A stretch of 64,000 nt of DNA, taken from positions 15,346 to 79,345 of the forward strand of contig DVAB01000023.1 in assembly GCA_014189685.1 (NCBI GenBank), given 5' to 3'. The notes under the pieces were generated by a model, which was not told the DNA's origin, did no database searches, and saw nothing but the letters and a program-made list of their open reading frames with translations. Each line of letters begins with the position of its first letter. The stretch's first letter is position 1. The stretch comes from Candidatus Naiadarchaeum limnaeum. Lineage in GTDB: Archaea > Undinarchaeota > Undinarchaeia > Undinarchaeales > Naiadarchaeaceae. Positions 46,566-55,259 of this stretch are shown here, piece by piece. The position numbers and the translations under genes were made by a program.

Positions 46566-48065
46566 GTGGGAGTTGGTTGCATGGAGAAAAAATTTTTGTT
46601 CATATCGATAATGCTTTTTACTTTGCTCACCCTCTCTTCTGTAAATGCTGCCACAACAGTTGACATAAAAAGCCCAAAAACAGGTACAACTTACAATGTT
46701 GGCGATCAGTTAGTTGTTGATGGCACAATAACCCTTGACCAAACATTATTAGGGACAACTGTTACTTTTAAAGCATATAGCCAAAAATACAATATTACAA
46801 TTCCTCTTGCGCAGAAAATTTATAATTTTCAGGCAAATGTTCCTGTTACTTTTTCTCAAATAAATAAAGGAAATATTATTTGGATCCTAGCAAGGAATAC
46901 TCAGGTAGGCACTGATTGGCAAATAATAATAGATATTGATAAATCTCCCGCATATGCAACAACATTTGAATCAGGATTTTTCTTTATATCGAAAACGATT
47001 CCGCTTACAACTAGTGTAAATTCCTATATGCTTAATATCGGAGAAACATTGGAAGCAACTGGAACAGCAACTACCTTGCGTGGAACGCCTGCAAATGGAA
47101 CTGGCAATATTTTGCTTGAACACTCTGAGCTTGGAACTATCTACTCAAATAATACTTCCGTAATAGATGGCTTTATAAGCATACGATATCCGTTCGATAA
47201 AGGAGATCCTACTGGAACATACACACTTACTTTCAAAATAGTGGATAGTAATGGAAACATTGGATTTGTTATTTTGACAGGAATAGTACTTTCAGATCAA
47301 TTAAAGCTTACTTGCTCAATCCCCCGAAGCGAATTTTTGCCAGGAGAGAGTTTTGCAGTCACGGGAAATCTAAAAAATATACATGATGCCCCGCTTGAAA
47401 AAATTCCTGTTGTTGCGTATCTCACAAATCCAAACGAAAACACAGCGGTAAATTTTGTTGGAACAACTAATGGAAACGGAAATTTTGAAATTATTGTGGG
47501 AACTCCAAAGCTTGCGCAGCCAGGGCAATATAACCTGCGCCTTGTTGCTGAAGATTCTGATGGAAACGTTGGGAGATGCGAAAAGAACTTTTTCTTGAAT
47601 GTGCAACGCATCTATGTTATTGATTTCAAGCTGGATAATTCATGGTTTTATAATGAAAGCGAGCTTGGAAATGAGGTTGTAATTGTTAACAAAGGAAATA
47701 TTGACTTATCTGGAAAAATTGTTTTGGTTCTTGATGGTGTTGAAGTAACAAGTACTGACTTTTTTGTCCAAAAGGGCCTTGAGGCAACTGTTCGGCCATA
47801 CTGGATAGTGAGCGGGACCGAGGGAACGCACACACTAGAGGCAGTAATACGAGTACAAAATGAGACACTTTATAGAACAGAGCCGCAATTCTTTACAATT
47901 TTCCCAAAGCCGCTGCCCAAGAAAATTCTAAGCCCCTCAGTCTGGCAGGTTTTTATAGTTGCTGGAATTTTTGTTATTGCTATTTTACTTTATTTGAAGA
48001 AAAAGGATATAAGAGATCATTTCTGGCACTGGGAGTTAAAGCGCAAGTATGGAATTGGGAAATAA
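46566..48065 (+). CDS. Cell-surface protein with signal peptide, Thr/Asn/Gly-rich beta-rich repeats and a C-terminal TM anchor
   Basis: N-terminal hydrophobic signal, repetitive T/G/N-rich body, and a C-terminal VFIVAGIFVIAILLYLKKK anchor. Confidence 0.4.
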   Translation: MGVGCMEKKFLFISIMLFTLLTLSSVNAATTVDIKSPKTGTTYNVGDQLVVDGTITLDQTLLGTTVTFKAYSQKYNITIPLAQKIYNFQANVPVTFSQINKGNIIWILARNTQVGTDWQIIIDIDKSPAYATTFESGFFFISKTIPLTTSVNSYMLNIGETLEATGTATTLRGTPANGTGNILLEHSELGTIYSNNTSVIDGFISIRYPFDKGDPTGTYTLTFKIVDSNGNIGFVILTGIVLSDQLKLTCSIPRSEFLPGESFAVTGNLKNIHDAPLEKIPVVAYLTNPNENTAVNFVGTTNGNGNFEIIVGTPKLAQPGQYNLRLVAEDSDGNVGRCEKNFFLNVQRIYVIDFKLDNSWFYNESELGNEVVIVNKGNIDLSGKIVLVLDGVEVTSTDFFVQKGLEATVRPYWIVSGTEGTHTLEAVIRVQNETLYRTEPQFFTIFPKPLPKKILSPSVWQVFIVAGIFVIAILLYLKKKDIRDHFWHWELKRKYGIGK

Positions 48066-48067
48066 TT

Positions 48068-48232
48068 TTATTTTGCGCCCACGACCAATTTTAAAAGCCC
48101 GACAATTATTAAATATGCAGCCACTAAGTAAGCTAAAAGATCCGGCTTCCAGAGTATGAGCGCTCCAACAACAATCATAATAATTGCTGCCGCAGTTTCA
48201 CCTATGCCAAGTTTTTTAAATAGTGCTATCAT
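48068..48232 (-). CDS. Small hydrophobic membrane protein (54 aa), absent from the ORF track
   Basis: Reverse translation MIALFKKLGIGETAAAIIMIVVGALILWKPDLLAYLVAAYLIIVGLLKLVVGAK* gives two TM helices. Confidence 0.3.
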   Translation of the reverse strand: MIALFKKLGIGETAAAIIMIVVGALILWKPDLLAYLVAAYLIIVGLLKLVVGAK

Positions 48233-48275
48233 TTCAGTAAAGACTAATAGTTGAATATTTAAAACCTTTGCGCTT

Positions 48276-49439
48276 ATGGCTAAAAAAATAAAGTACCCAT
48301 ACGAGTTTAATCAAAAAGTAAGAGAGAAAGCAAAAATCTACTCCAGGGGCAGATTTTTTAACAGAATTTTTAGCGGCATTTTTTTGCCATTAGTAGTTTT
48401 GAGCGCATTCTTGCTTTCAGGAATGCATCTTGTAATAAAAAATTTTGCTTTAAATATAAGCGATTTTTTTCTTGTTCAAATATATATAATAGTTTTGCTT
48501 ACGATCTTAAATTTAATTGAATTCCCAGTGGTCTTTTATTTTTCCTATATACGAGAACATAAATTTGGTTTGTCAAATTATAAAATGGGCGGATGGTTTA
48601 AGGATTTTTTCAAGGGACTTTTCCTTGAATATGTAATTTCTCTAATCACAATAACTGCTCTTTACTATATTTTGGCAAACTTTTCTCTTTGGTGGATTTA
48701 TGCAGCTATTCTCTATGCAATTTTTATTTTGGCTTTTCATTACATTTTTCCGATTGTAATTTTTCCGTTCTTTTATAAAGTTAAGCCTTACAAAGATGAA
48801 AAACAAAAGCGCAGACTTTTGGAAATGGTGCATTCAGTAGGGGCAAAAGAAATAAAAAATGTTGTCCTCGCGCTTGAAAGCGAAAAATCAAAGAAAGCAA
48901 ATGCAATGTTCACTGGATTGGGAAATACAAAACAAATTGTTCTTTTTGATACTTTGACAAAAGGCTTCCATCCATCAGAGACAGAGACTGTTGTTGCGCA
49001 TGAACTTGGGCATTATGTAAACAAAGACATCTTGCGCGGAACTTTTTTTGATGCAGTCTTGGCATTTCCGGCGTTCTTTCTTGTTGATTTATCGTTGAAA
49101 ACATTTTCACAAAGCTTTGGTTTGAATGGAATTTCTGATATCGCAGGCCTACCGCTTTTTATGCTCTCCTACTTAATTATAGAAATATTTTTAACGCCCT
49201 TAGAAAATTGGTACTCAAGAAAAGTTGAGGCAGAGGCTGATTGGTTTTCATTAGAAGTAGCGAAAAAACCAGATGCGCAAGTTTCAACAGACAAAAGATT
49301 GGCAGATATGAATCTGTCTGAAACCAATCCGCACCCCTTAGTTGAATGGTACTTTTACGACCATCCTGCAATTAAAAAAAGAATTGAGATGGGCGAAAAG
49401 TGGAAATTAAAAAATAAGCGCAAAAAATCCCGTTCTTAA
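48276..49439 (+). CDS. M48-family (HtpX/Ste24-like) zinc metalloprotease, membrane
   Basis: Multiple TM helices, HELGHY zincin motif and a downstream E ligand region. Confidence 0.7.
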   Translation: MAKKIKYPYEFNQKVREKAKIYSRGRFFNRIFSGIFLPLVVLSAFLLSGMHLVIKNFALNISDFFLVQIYIIVLLTILNLIEFPVVFYFSYIREHKFGLSNYKMGGWFKDFFKGLFLEYVISLITITALYYILANFSLWWIYAAILYAIFILAFHYIFPIVIFPFFYKVKPYKDEKQKRRLLEMVHSVGAKEIKNVVLALESEKSKKANAMFTGLGNTKQIVLFDTLTKGFHPSETETVVAHELGHYVNKDILRGTFFDAVLAFPAFFLVDLSLKTFSQSFGLNGISDIAGLPLFMLSYLIIEIFLTPLENWYSRKVEAEADWFSLEVAKKPDAQVSTDKRLADMNLSETNPHPLVEWYFYDHPAIKKRIEMGEKWKLKNKRKKSRS

Positions 49440-49763
49440 GCTGGAATTCCAAAGGCAATTATAGCTACTGTTGCATGAATTCCAACTGAAGCAAGGAAAA
49501 ACCACCAGTAATAGCAATGATACCTGTAAAAGCTCATGTATTTTTGGTTTTGCGTTAAACGCATTGCCAATCCTGGGATGCATCTACAACTCAAAAGAAC
49601 TAGAAAAATTCCAATTAAGTTTGTTATTCCAAGTATGAAAGCTAGTTTTACTGCGAGCCACGCTGGAATTAGAGCCATGGATTTACTTAATTTTTTCAGA
49701 TATTTATATTCGATGGCAGCTTAAATAAACATATTAAAACAAACACACATTGATTTCAATCCT

Positions 49764-49837
49764 GCCCCTGTGGTCTAACCTGGATATGATGGAAGCTTGC
49801 GGAGCTTTTGATCTGAGTTCAAATCTCAGCAGGGGCA
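49764..49837 (+). tRNA. tRNA-Arg (GCG)
   Basis: Acceptor GCCCCTG/CAGGGGC, anticodon stem GAAGC/GCTTT, loop TTGCGGA, T-arm CTGAG-TTCAAAT-CTCAG, discriminator A. The D-arm is 2 nt longer than minimal and its pairing is imperfect. Confidence 0.55.
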
Positions 49838-49839
49838 TC

Positions 49840-50409
49840 CTATCCAAATACGCTTATCACAGTTGCGGCAAAAGAAGTTAGCAGGAAATAGTTAACACTT
49901 AAATTTAGAAAAGAAAGCATTATATGTTTTATTAAGGGCTCCGGTGAGAAAAAAGCCTTAACAATATTTCCACCGATATATTTACCAACTATTATTCCAA
50001 TCATCCCAAACAGGACAAAATTTTCCACAGGGATAAAAGCTCCAAAAATTCCCAGTGCTGTTAGATAAACCGAATCGTAAATTGTAAGCATTGGCAACGG
50101 ATAACTTCCGCCAAGAATTTTGCTCATTCTCCAAATCAAGATCGTTGATAAAATTCCTACCAGCGCACCGGCCTGCCAACCAAACATGTGCCCTCCAACC
50201 AATGTTAAAAAAGAGTGAAACCCAAGAAGCATATTTCTAGAGAACGGTGTTGAGCGGCTAAAAGTAACCAATAAAATTATTGCAGAAACGCTAAGGGCGC
50301 TTTTTATTCCAAATAGCACTGGAATAACAAAGATAGCTATTAATCCTATTAACTCAATCGCACTGCTTATTTTTATGAACGATTTTTCTTTCATTCTTCC
50401 AAGGGGCAA
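49840..50409 (-). CDS. Polytopic membrane protein, paralog of the 54171-54713 gene
   Basis: 189 aa with five or more TM helices. FSRSTP / LTLVGGHMFG matches FSRANS / IIVIAHLHGA in the paralog. Confidence 0.4.
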   Translation of the reverse strand: MPLGRMKEKSFIKISSAIELIGLIAIFVIPVLFGIKSALSVSAIILLVTFSRSTPFSRNMLLGFHSFLTLVGGHMFGWQAGALVGILSTILIWRMSKILGGSYPLPMLTIYDSVYLTALGIFGAFIPVENFVLFGMIGIIVGKYIGGNIVKAFFSPEPLIKHIMLSFLNLSVNYFLLTSFAATVISVFG

Positions 50410-50459
50410 AGCTATTCCAAAGAAATCGTATTTAATTGTTTCTATTGATGTTAAATGAG

Positions 50460-50533
50460 CGCTGCCGACGAGATTCGAACTCGCATGAGCAGACTTAGGA
50501 GGTCTGTGCCTGTCCAGGTTAGGCTACGGCAGC
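50460..50533 (-). tRNA. tRNA-Arg (CCU)
   Basis: Reverse complement: acceptor GCTGCCG/CGGCAGC, D-stem GCCT/AGGC, anticodon stem CAGAC/GTCTG, loop CTCCTAA, T-arm GCGAG-TTCGAAT-CTCGT. Confidence 0.7.
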
Positions 50534-50645
50534 AAAATTATTCTCGTCAAAGAAGCACTTAAACTTTTACATTCTCACTGGAATCTCAATACCTAGGCTA
50601 CAGGAGCACGATATATATATCACTTTAGCTATAAATTAATTAAAA

Positions 50646-51611
50646 ATGGGTGCTGACTTTAGCGATGCAATAATTCAACAAGCTACATCTATTTCTGAGA
50701 CTTTGGCTAAAGCCAGAAATGCTGTCCCTCAACTAAAAGACGTTAATTCTTTACTTAGGCAGATAATAAAATTATCGAAAGAGACAAGTGCTTTTGGGAA
50801 AAAAGCAAAGCAAATGACGATGAAACATACTTTTGACTTTTATAAAGATATTGTAGTTTATACTCCTGATGCAATTTTTAGGTTAATTAAAGACAAAGAC
50901 GGGCGGTATGAGAAGAGCGAACTTTTGAGAGAGCTATCTTTTTTTGAAAGGCGTGCGGTTCAAAAATATAGCTCAGAATTTTTAAGAATAACAGAAGCGC
51001 TTTCTAAGATTCAAATGCTCGGAGATAAATGGGAAGGACGGAAATTAATCCCAGGAGAACTTAGGAATGTGCTTTATTCAATGATTTTATCTGCAAAGAG
51101 GGCTTACAAAGAAACAAAACCCACGCATGAAAGCAAAAAAGCCTTTGACGACTCTATTATTACTTTCTTGGATAAACTTACGGCTGAACTTAAAAGTGGG
51201 TTAGATAGTTTGGAGATGCAAATAACAAGTGGCACTTTGAGACTAGATAAAAAGTCTGCCGGAGCAGTAAGCGAATTAAATAAATTACTTTCATGGCGTC
51301 TTAAGCTTGAAAGGAATAGGAGATGGGATGATATATTAGGGGCATTTTATTTTCGTATTGGGTCGTATATTATTTGGGCGTTATTGCTTTTTATAATCTT
51401 TCTTGTAATATCAGTGATTGGCTTTTTCATGTACACTTTACAGGGAGTTAATGTAGTTGTTCCTCTTGGGACCTATGCTTTATTTGGTGCTATAGTAAGT
51501 CAAGTACTTTCTTTCGTAAAGCTTATTTATGGTTTTGCTTCTGAGTGGTCTAAGACAAGAAAAGGTAAAAGAATGTCGGCTATCCAATCAAAATACTTCG
51601 GCAATGGCTAG
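50646..51611 (+). CDS. Hypothetical protein: long helical/coiled-coil cytoplasmic domain with two C-terminal TM helices
   Basis: 321 aa. Hydrophobic IIWALLLFIIFLVISVIGFF and LGTYALFGAIVSQVLSF near the C-terminus. Confidence 0.35.
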   Translation: MGADFSDAIIQQATSISETLAKARNAVPQLKDVNSLLRQIIKLSKETSAFGKKAKQMTMKHTFDFYKDIVVYTPDAIFRLIKDKDGRYEKSELLRELSFFERRAVQKYSSEFLRITEALSKIQMLGDKWEGRKLIPGELRNVLYSMILSAKRAYKETKPTHESKKAFDDSIITFLDKLTAELKSGLDSLEMQITSGTLRLDKKSAGAVSELNKLLSWRLKLERNRRWDDILGAFYFRIGSYIIWALLLFIIFLVISVIGFFMYTLQGVNVVVPLGTYALFGAIVSQVLSFVKLIYGFASEWSKTRKGKRMSAIQSKYFGNG

Positions 51612-52176
51612 AAAAAAGGAAGCTTTAGCACAAGCCAAGGCAATTAAAGAAGCTTATTTTGCACAAAAGGTTGGAAAGCTTCCAATTTATGAGTTTAATG
51701 GTTATATGCTCACCATTATTTTCGCGGGTTTAGATGATATAGACTATATCAAAAAAGAATTAGCAAAATTAGGGGTCGAAATCAAAGAAGAGAAGGAACA
51801 GAAATTAATAGGGCTTGTTGATTTTATCAATCGAATTTTAAGTATACTACAGCGCTATTCCGAGCGAAATAAACTTGATATCGGGAAAAGTTTTTGTGAA
51901 AAACTTTTGAAGACTGTATTGAACTACAATACTTTTGTTATGGCATATATTGATTTCCTAGGAAAACAAGGTTTTCTCTCCAATATGAGTTTTCTTTTAG
52001 GTTTTAGTGGGATTTACTCTGCTCAAAGGAAAAATTTAAGTAAGCACATAAAGGAAGCCGGTATAAAAAGAAGACACATAATTGAAATAGGGCGAATAAT
52101 TTTTGGAGATCGAAACAAAAACATAACTAAAATGTTTTCTCTTTTAGAAAAAATCCATCCAAAACCTTTGCCGTAA
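51607..52176 (+). CDS. Hypothetical protein
   Basis: Start chosen at MARKKEALAQ, overlapping the upstream stop by 4 nt. No motif recognised. Confidence 0.3.
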   Translation, partial: ARKKEALAQAKAIKEAYFAQKVGKLPIYEFNGYMLTIIFAGLDDIDYIKKELAKLGVEIKEEKEQKLIGLVDFINRILSILQRYSERNKLDIGKSFCEKLLKTVLNYNTFVMAYIDFLGKQGFLSNMSFLLGFSGIYSAQRKNLSKHIKEAGIKRRHIIEIGRIIFGDRNKNITKMFSLLEKIHPKPLP

Positions 52177-52179
52177 TAT

Positions 52180-53958
52180 CTACATCCTTTCTGGAATCTC
52201 AATACCTAGCAAATAAAGGCAGTTTTTCAAAACATTAAATGTTGCTTGAACTACTGCAACTCTTGCATTTATCAAATCTTTATCAGGCGCGTTTAAAACA
52301 GGCAAATTATTATAGAACAGATTAAACTTTTCTGCCAATTTATGCGCATAGTTTGCAAGCGTATGAACTCTGTAATGCGTTGCCGTCTCTTGAATAATTA
52401 ATGGAAACTTTGCTAAATGCTTAACCAGTTCGTGCTCCTCCTCCTGTTCAAGCAAATTAAATTTAACTTCGCTCAATTTTATTGATTCAGCTTTTTCCAA
52501 AATTCTTTTTGCGCGCACAGCAGCATATTGTATATAAGGCCCTGTTTCTCCCTCAAATTCTAAGGCCCTATCCCAATCAAAGAAAATTGTTTTTGTATTA
52601 CTAATGTTAAGAATTGAAAATTTAATTGCGCCTATTGCAATCTGCATTGCAGTATTCTTCTGCCCCTCAAGGGGAAGCTCAGGATTTCTGCTTGTTACTT
52701 CTGCAAGCGCCTTTTGAAACATTTTTTCTTTTAGCTCTCTGTATGTAATTGTGAGTCCTTCTCTTGAGCTCATTTTTTCCCCTTGCAGAGTAATCAAGTC
52801 AAAAGTTAAGTTGAAAGATTTTTTTACTTGTTTAAATCCCATCAGTTCAAGAGTTTTGAAGAGCTGCTGGAAATAAAGCCTCTGCTCACTTCCTGTAACA
52901 ATAATCGTGCGGTCAATTTTGTATTTCTTGAATTTTTCTTCTGCCAAAGCAAGATCTCGAGTTGAATAAAGAGTTGTTCCATCGCTCTTTAATAAAAGAA
53001 AAGTATCCAAATCATATTTTTTAAGCTCAACAACAACTGCTCCGGCACTTTTTTTTGCAATTTTTTTCTTTTGTAGTTCTTGGACAAGATCCTTTCCACG
53101 CTTATCCATTTGGCTCTCAAAAAAATAATAATTAAATTTGACTCCTAAATCTTTGTAAATCTCTTCATACTCATCCAAACTCCACTGTCTTGTCCTTTTC
53201 CATAAATCCATTAGCTCACTGTCCTTTCCCTCTTCCAATTTTTTCTGTAATTTTTCAACTTCTGCTTTGTGTTCTGGACTTTCTTCCAATTTTTTAGAGG
53301 CTTCTGCATAAATTCTCCCTAACCATTCTCCTCTATTTGAGTTTGGAGTATCTCCTCTGTGGAAAGTTTGATAAGCCCATAGACATTTTGCAACATGCGC
53401 TCCGATATCTCCCTGATAATTCGCGCGCAAAACCTCGTATCCATTATATTCAAGAATTCTGCTCAAACTTTCCCCCAAAAGCGTACCTCTCAAATGCCCA
53501 ATGTGAAAAGCTTTGTGCGTATTTGCTTGGGAAAACTCAACCATTATCTTTTCTTTTCTCTTTTCAGCCCTGCTATAATCTTTTTCAAAAGTTTCTTTTA
53601 TCACTTCTTTTGCAAAAGCTCCTCTATTAAGGAAAAAGTTTACATATGCACCAGCAAGACCAACCTTCTTTGCAATTGAAGGCTTTTTGGTATTTGCTAG
53701 GATTTTCTCAGCAATATCCCGCGGGGAAACTTTTTTTTGCCTTCCAAGCTGAAAAGAAATACTGCAGGCCAAATCCCCCATTTTTGCGCTTGGGGGCTCT
53801 TCAATAGAATTATCTAAATCGCCTGTTTTTACTTTTAACTTCAATTTTTTTAGAGTTCCCTCAAGAGAATTAAAAACATCTTCCCTTGCTTTCATCCAGG
53901 CGGTTTTCATAATTCGTTTATAATGAGACTTTGCTTTTAAACTTTTACAAAATTCCAT
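52180..53958 (-). CDS. argS: Arginyl-tRNA synthetase
   Basis: Class I HIGH motif (FHIGHLRG), DALR-type anticodon-binding C-terminus, 592 aa. Confidence 0.85.
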   Translation of the reverse strand: MEFCKSLKAKSHYKRIMKTAWMKAREDVFNSLEGTLKKLKLKVKTGDLDNSIEEPPSAKMGDLACSISFQLGRQKKVSPRDIAEKILANTKKPSIAKKVGLAGAYVNFFLNRGAFAKEVIKETFEKDYSRAEKRKEKIMVEFSQANTHKAFHIGHLRGTLLGESLSRILEYNGYEVLRANYQGDIGAHVAKCLWAYQTFHRGDTPNSNRGEWLGRIYAEASKKLEESPEHKAEVEKLQKKLEEGKDSELMDLWKRTRQWSLDEYEEIYKDLGVKFNYYFFESQMDKRGKDLVQELQKKKIAKKSAGAVVVELKKYDLDTFLLLKSDGTTLYSTRDLALAEEKFKKYKIDRTIIVTGSEQRLYFQQLFKTLELMGFKQVKKSFNLTFDLITLQGEKMSSREGLTITYRELKEKMFQKALAEVTSRNPELPLEGQKNTAMQIAIGAIKFSILNISNTKTIFFDWDRALEFEGETGPYIQYAAVRAKRILEKAESIKLSEVKFNLLEQEEEHELVKHLAKFPLIIQETATHYRVHTLANYAHKLAEKFNLFYNNLPVLNAPDKDLINARVAVVQATFNVLKNCLYLLGIEIPERM

Positions 53959-54023
53959 TTAATTTGGATTTATCAATTCTCTTGTAATTTTTGCCTGCGC
54001 CTATGAAACTCAGATTAAATGAA

Positions 54024-54138
54024 TGGACCCGAGGGGATATTCAGCTCTGCTGAATACACCGAGCGTCAGCGAGAGCGTTTGAACCCCCATTAAGAGGTCC
54101 GAAGCCTCTTGTCCTAATCCAGGTTAGACCACGGGTCC
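54024..54138 (-). tRNA. tRNA-Arg (UCG) with a 40-nt intron at a non-canonical T-loop (59/60) position
   Basis: Reverse complement: acceptor GGACCCG/CGGGTCC, D-stem GTCT/GGAC, anticodon stem AGAGG/CCTCT, loop CTTCGGA, T-stem GGGGG...CCCCT split by a ~40-nt insert (approx. CGCTCTCGCTGACGCTCGGTGTATTCAGCAGAGCTGAATA) with an 8-bp TATTCAGC/GCTGAATA hairpin. Confidence 0.55.
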
Positions 54139-54170
54139 GTAATAATTAGGGAATAAACGCACTTATCTAT

Positions 54171-54713
54171 TTACCGTAAAAAAGCCATTATCTGCGGCAG
54201 AAAATTTCTCAAAATAAGATAGTTAAATATGATATTTATTACGCTGAGGGGAAGCCTTCTTGTTATAGGGTCCATAAATACATAAACGCGCACAAATCCA
54301 ACAAGCCCATTTCCGAATATTATAATTGTCCACAAACTGTATTCTAAAAGATTTGCAGCCGGGATTAGAGCTGCGATGTAAGATAATATGACTAGATAAA
54401 CAGTATCCAGCAAAATCCATGGCGGCTTTTGAAAACTTCCAAGGTATTTTCCTGTCATGTTTATGAGCGGTGCACTTGCAATTGCAACAAAAGCAGCTGG
54501 AATAGCCCCATGCAAATGCGCTATTACTATTATAAGCACGCTGTGGAATTCTATTTTTAAATTATCATAGAGCGAATTCGCGCGGCTAAAGATTACTAAG
54601 AAAGTTGCGAGAATTGTTATAAAAGCAATTTTTGGGAAAAATAGCAGTGGGACAAAAAGAATTACGAGTAACATAATCAGGTCAAATCTCAGCAAACTTC
54701 TTGCGGTGGTCAT
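54171..54713 (-). CDS. Polytopic membrane protein, paralog of the 49840-50409 gene
   Basis: 180 aa with five or more TM helices. See the paralog alignment under 49840-50409. Confidence 0.4.
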   Translation of the reverse strand: MTTARSLLRFDLIMLLVILFVPLLFFPKIAFITILATFLVIFSRANSLYDNLKIEFHSVLIIVIAHLHGAIPAAFVAIASAPLINMTGKYLGSFQKPPWILLDTVYLVILSYIAALIPAANLLEYSLWTIIIFGNGLVGFVRVYVFMDPITRRLPLSVINIIFNYLILRNFLPQIMAFLR

Positions 54714-54790
54714 TTTTTTTGTAATTTAACATCGGTTTATAAATTCCCTTGCAGTTTGTCCCTGCACCCGCGATGCCGATGTTAAATTAG

Positions 54791-54864
54791 TGCCCCCAAG
54801 GGGATTTGAACCCCTACCAATAGCTTAGAAGGCTATCGCCCTATCCAGGTTAGGCTATGGGGGC
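54791..54864 (-). tRNA. tRNA-Arg (UCU)
   Basis: Reverse complement: acceptor GCCCCCA/TGGGGGC, D-stem GCCT/GGGC, anticodon stem ATAGC/GCTAT, loop CTTCTAA, T-arm AGGGG-TTCAAAT-CCCCT, discriminator A. Confidence 0.7.
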
Positions 54865-54953
54865 ATAAATATTATTGTAACTGTGCGCTTTTATTCCTTG
54901 TGAACGAAGAATATTTAAACACCTTTTTATTACTTAAAAATCCTTTGGGACAC

Positions 54954-55259
54954 ATGGCAGAATTTATTGTTGCAAAGATTGATGAAATTCCTAATGGAAC
55001 CGGAAAAGTTGTATTTGCAGGAGACAAGCCTATAGCACTTTTTAATATAAATGGAACTTTTTATGCTATTGACAATACATGCGCGCACAGAGGCGGCCCT
55101 CTTGGCGAAGGAGATTTGGGTGGTACAATAGTTACATGCCCTTGGCATGGCTGGCAGTTTGATGTAACAACCGGAGTCTCTCCATTTGGGCCAACAGTTG
55201 AGAAGTATGAAGTTAAGCTTGACTCACAGACACAGGAGATAAAAGTTGTTGTTCCATAG
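54954..55259 (+). CDS. Rieske [2Fe-2S] ferredoxin-like protein
   Basis: CAHRGGPL...CPWHGWQF Rieske ligand boxes. Start trimmed to MAEFIV. Confidence 0.6.
   Translation: MAEFIVAKIDEIPNGTGKVVFAGDKPIALFNINGTFYAIDNTCAHRGGPLGEGDLGGTIVTCPWHGWQFDVTTGVSPFGPTVEKYEVKLDSQTQEIKVVVP

Noticed and set aside
49536-49724. 62-aa plus-strand ORF overlapping the 49436-49678 small membrane ORF
   Set aside because: It overlaps the opposite-strand ORF and has no distinguishing features. It is probably non-coding, and I could not decide which strand, if either, is real.
55213-55259. 47-nt convergent overlap between the Rieske gene and the carB 3' end as evidence of a mis-called gene
   Set aside because: Both genes have strong family motifs through their C-termini. 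A short convergent overlap is plausible, so neither call was dropped.
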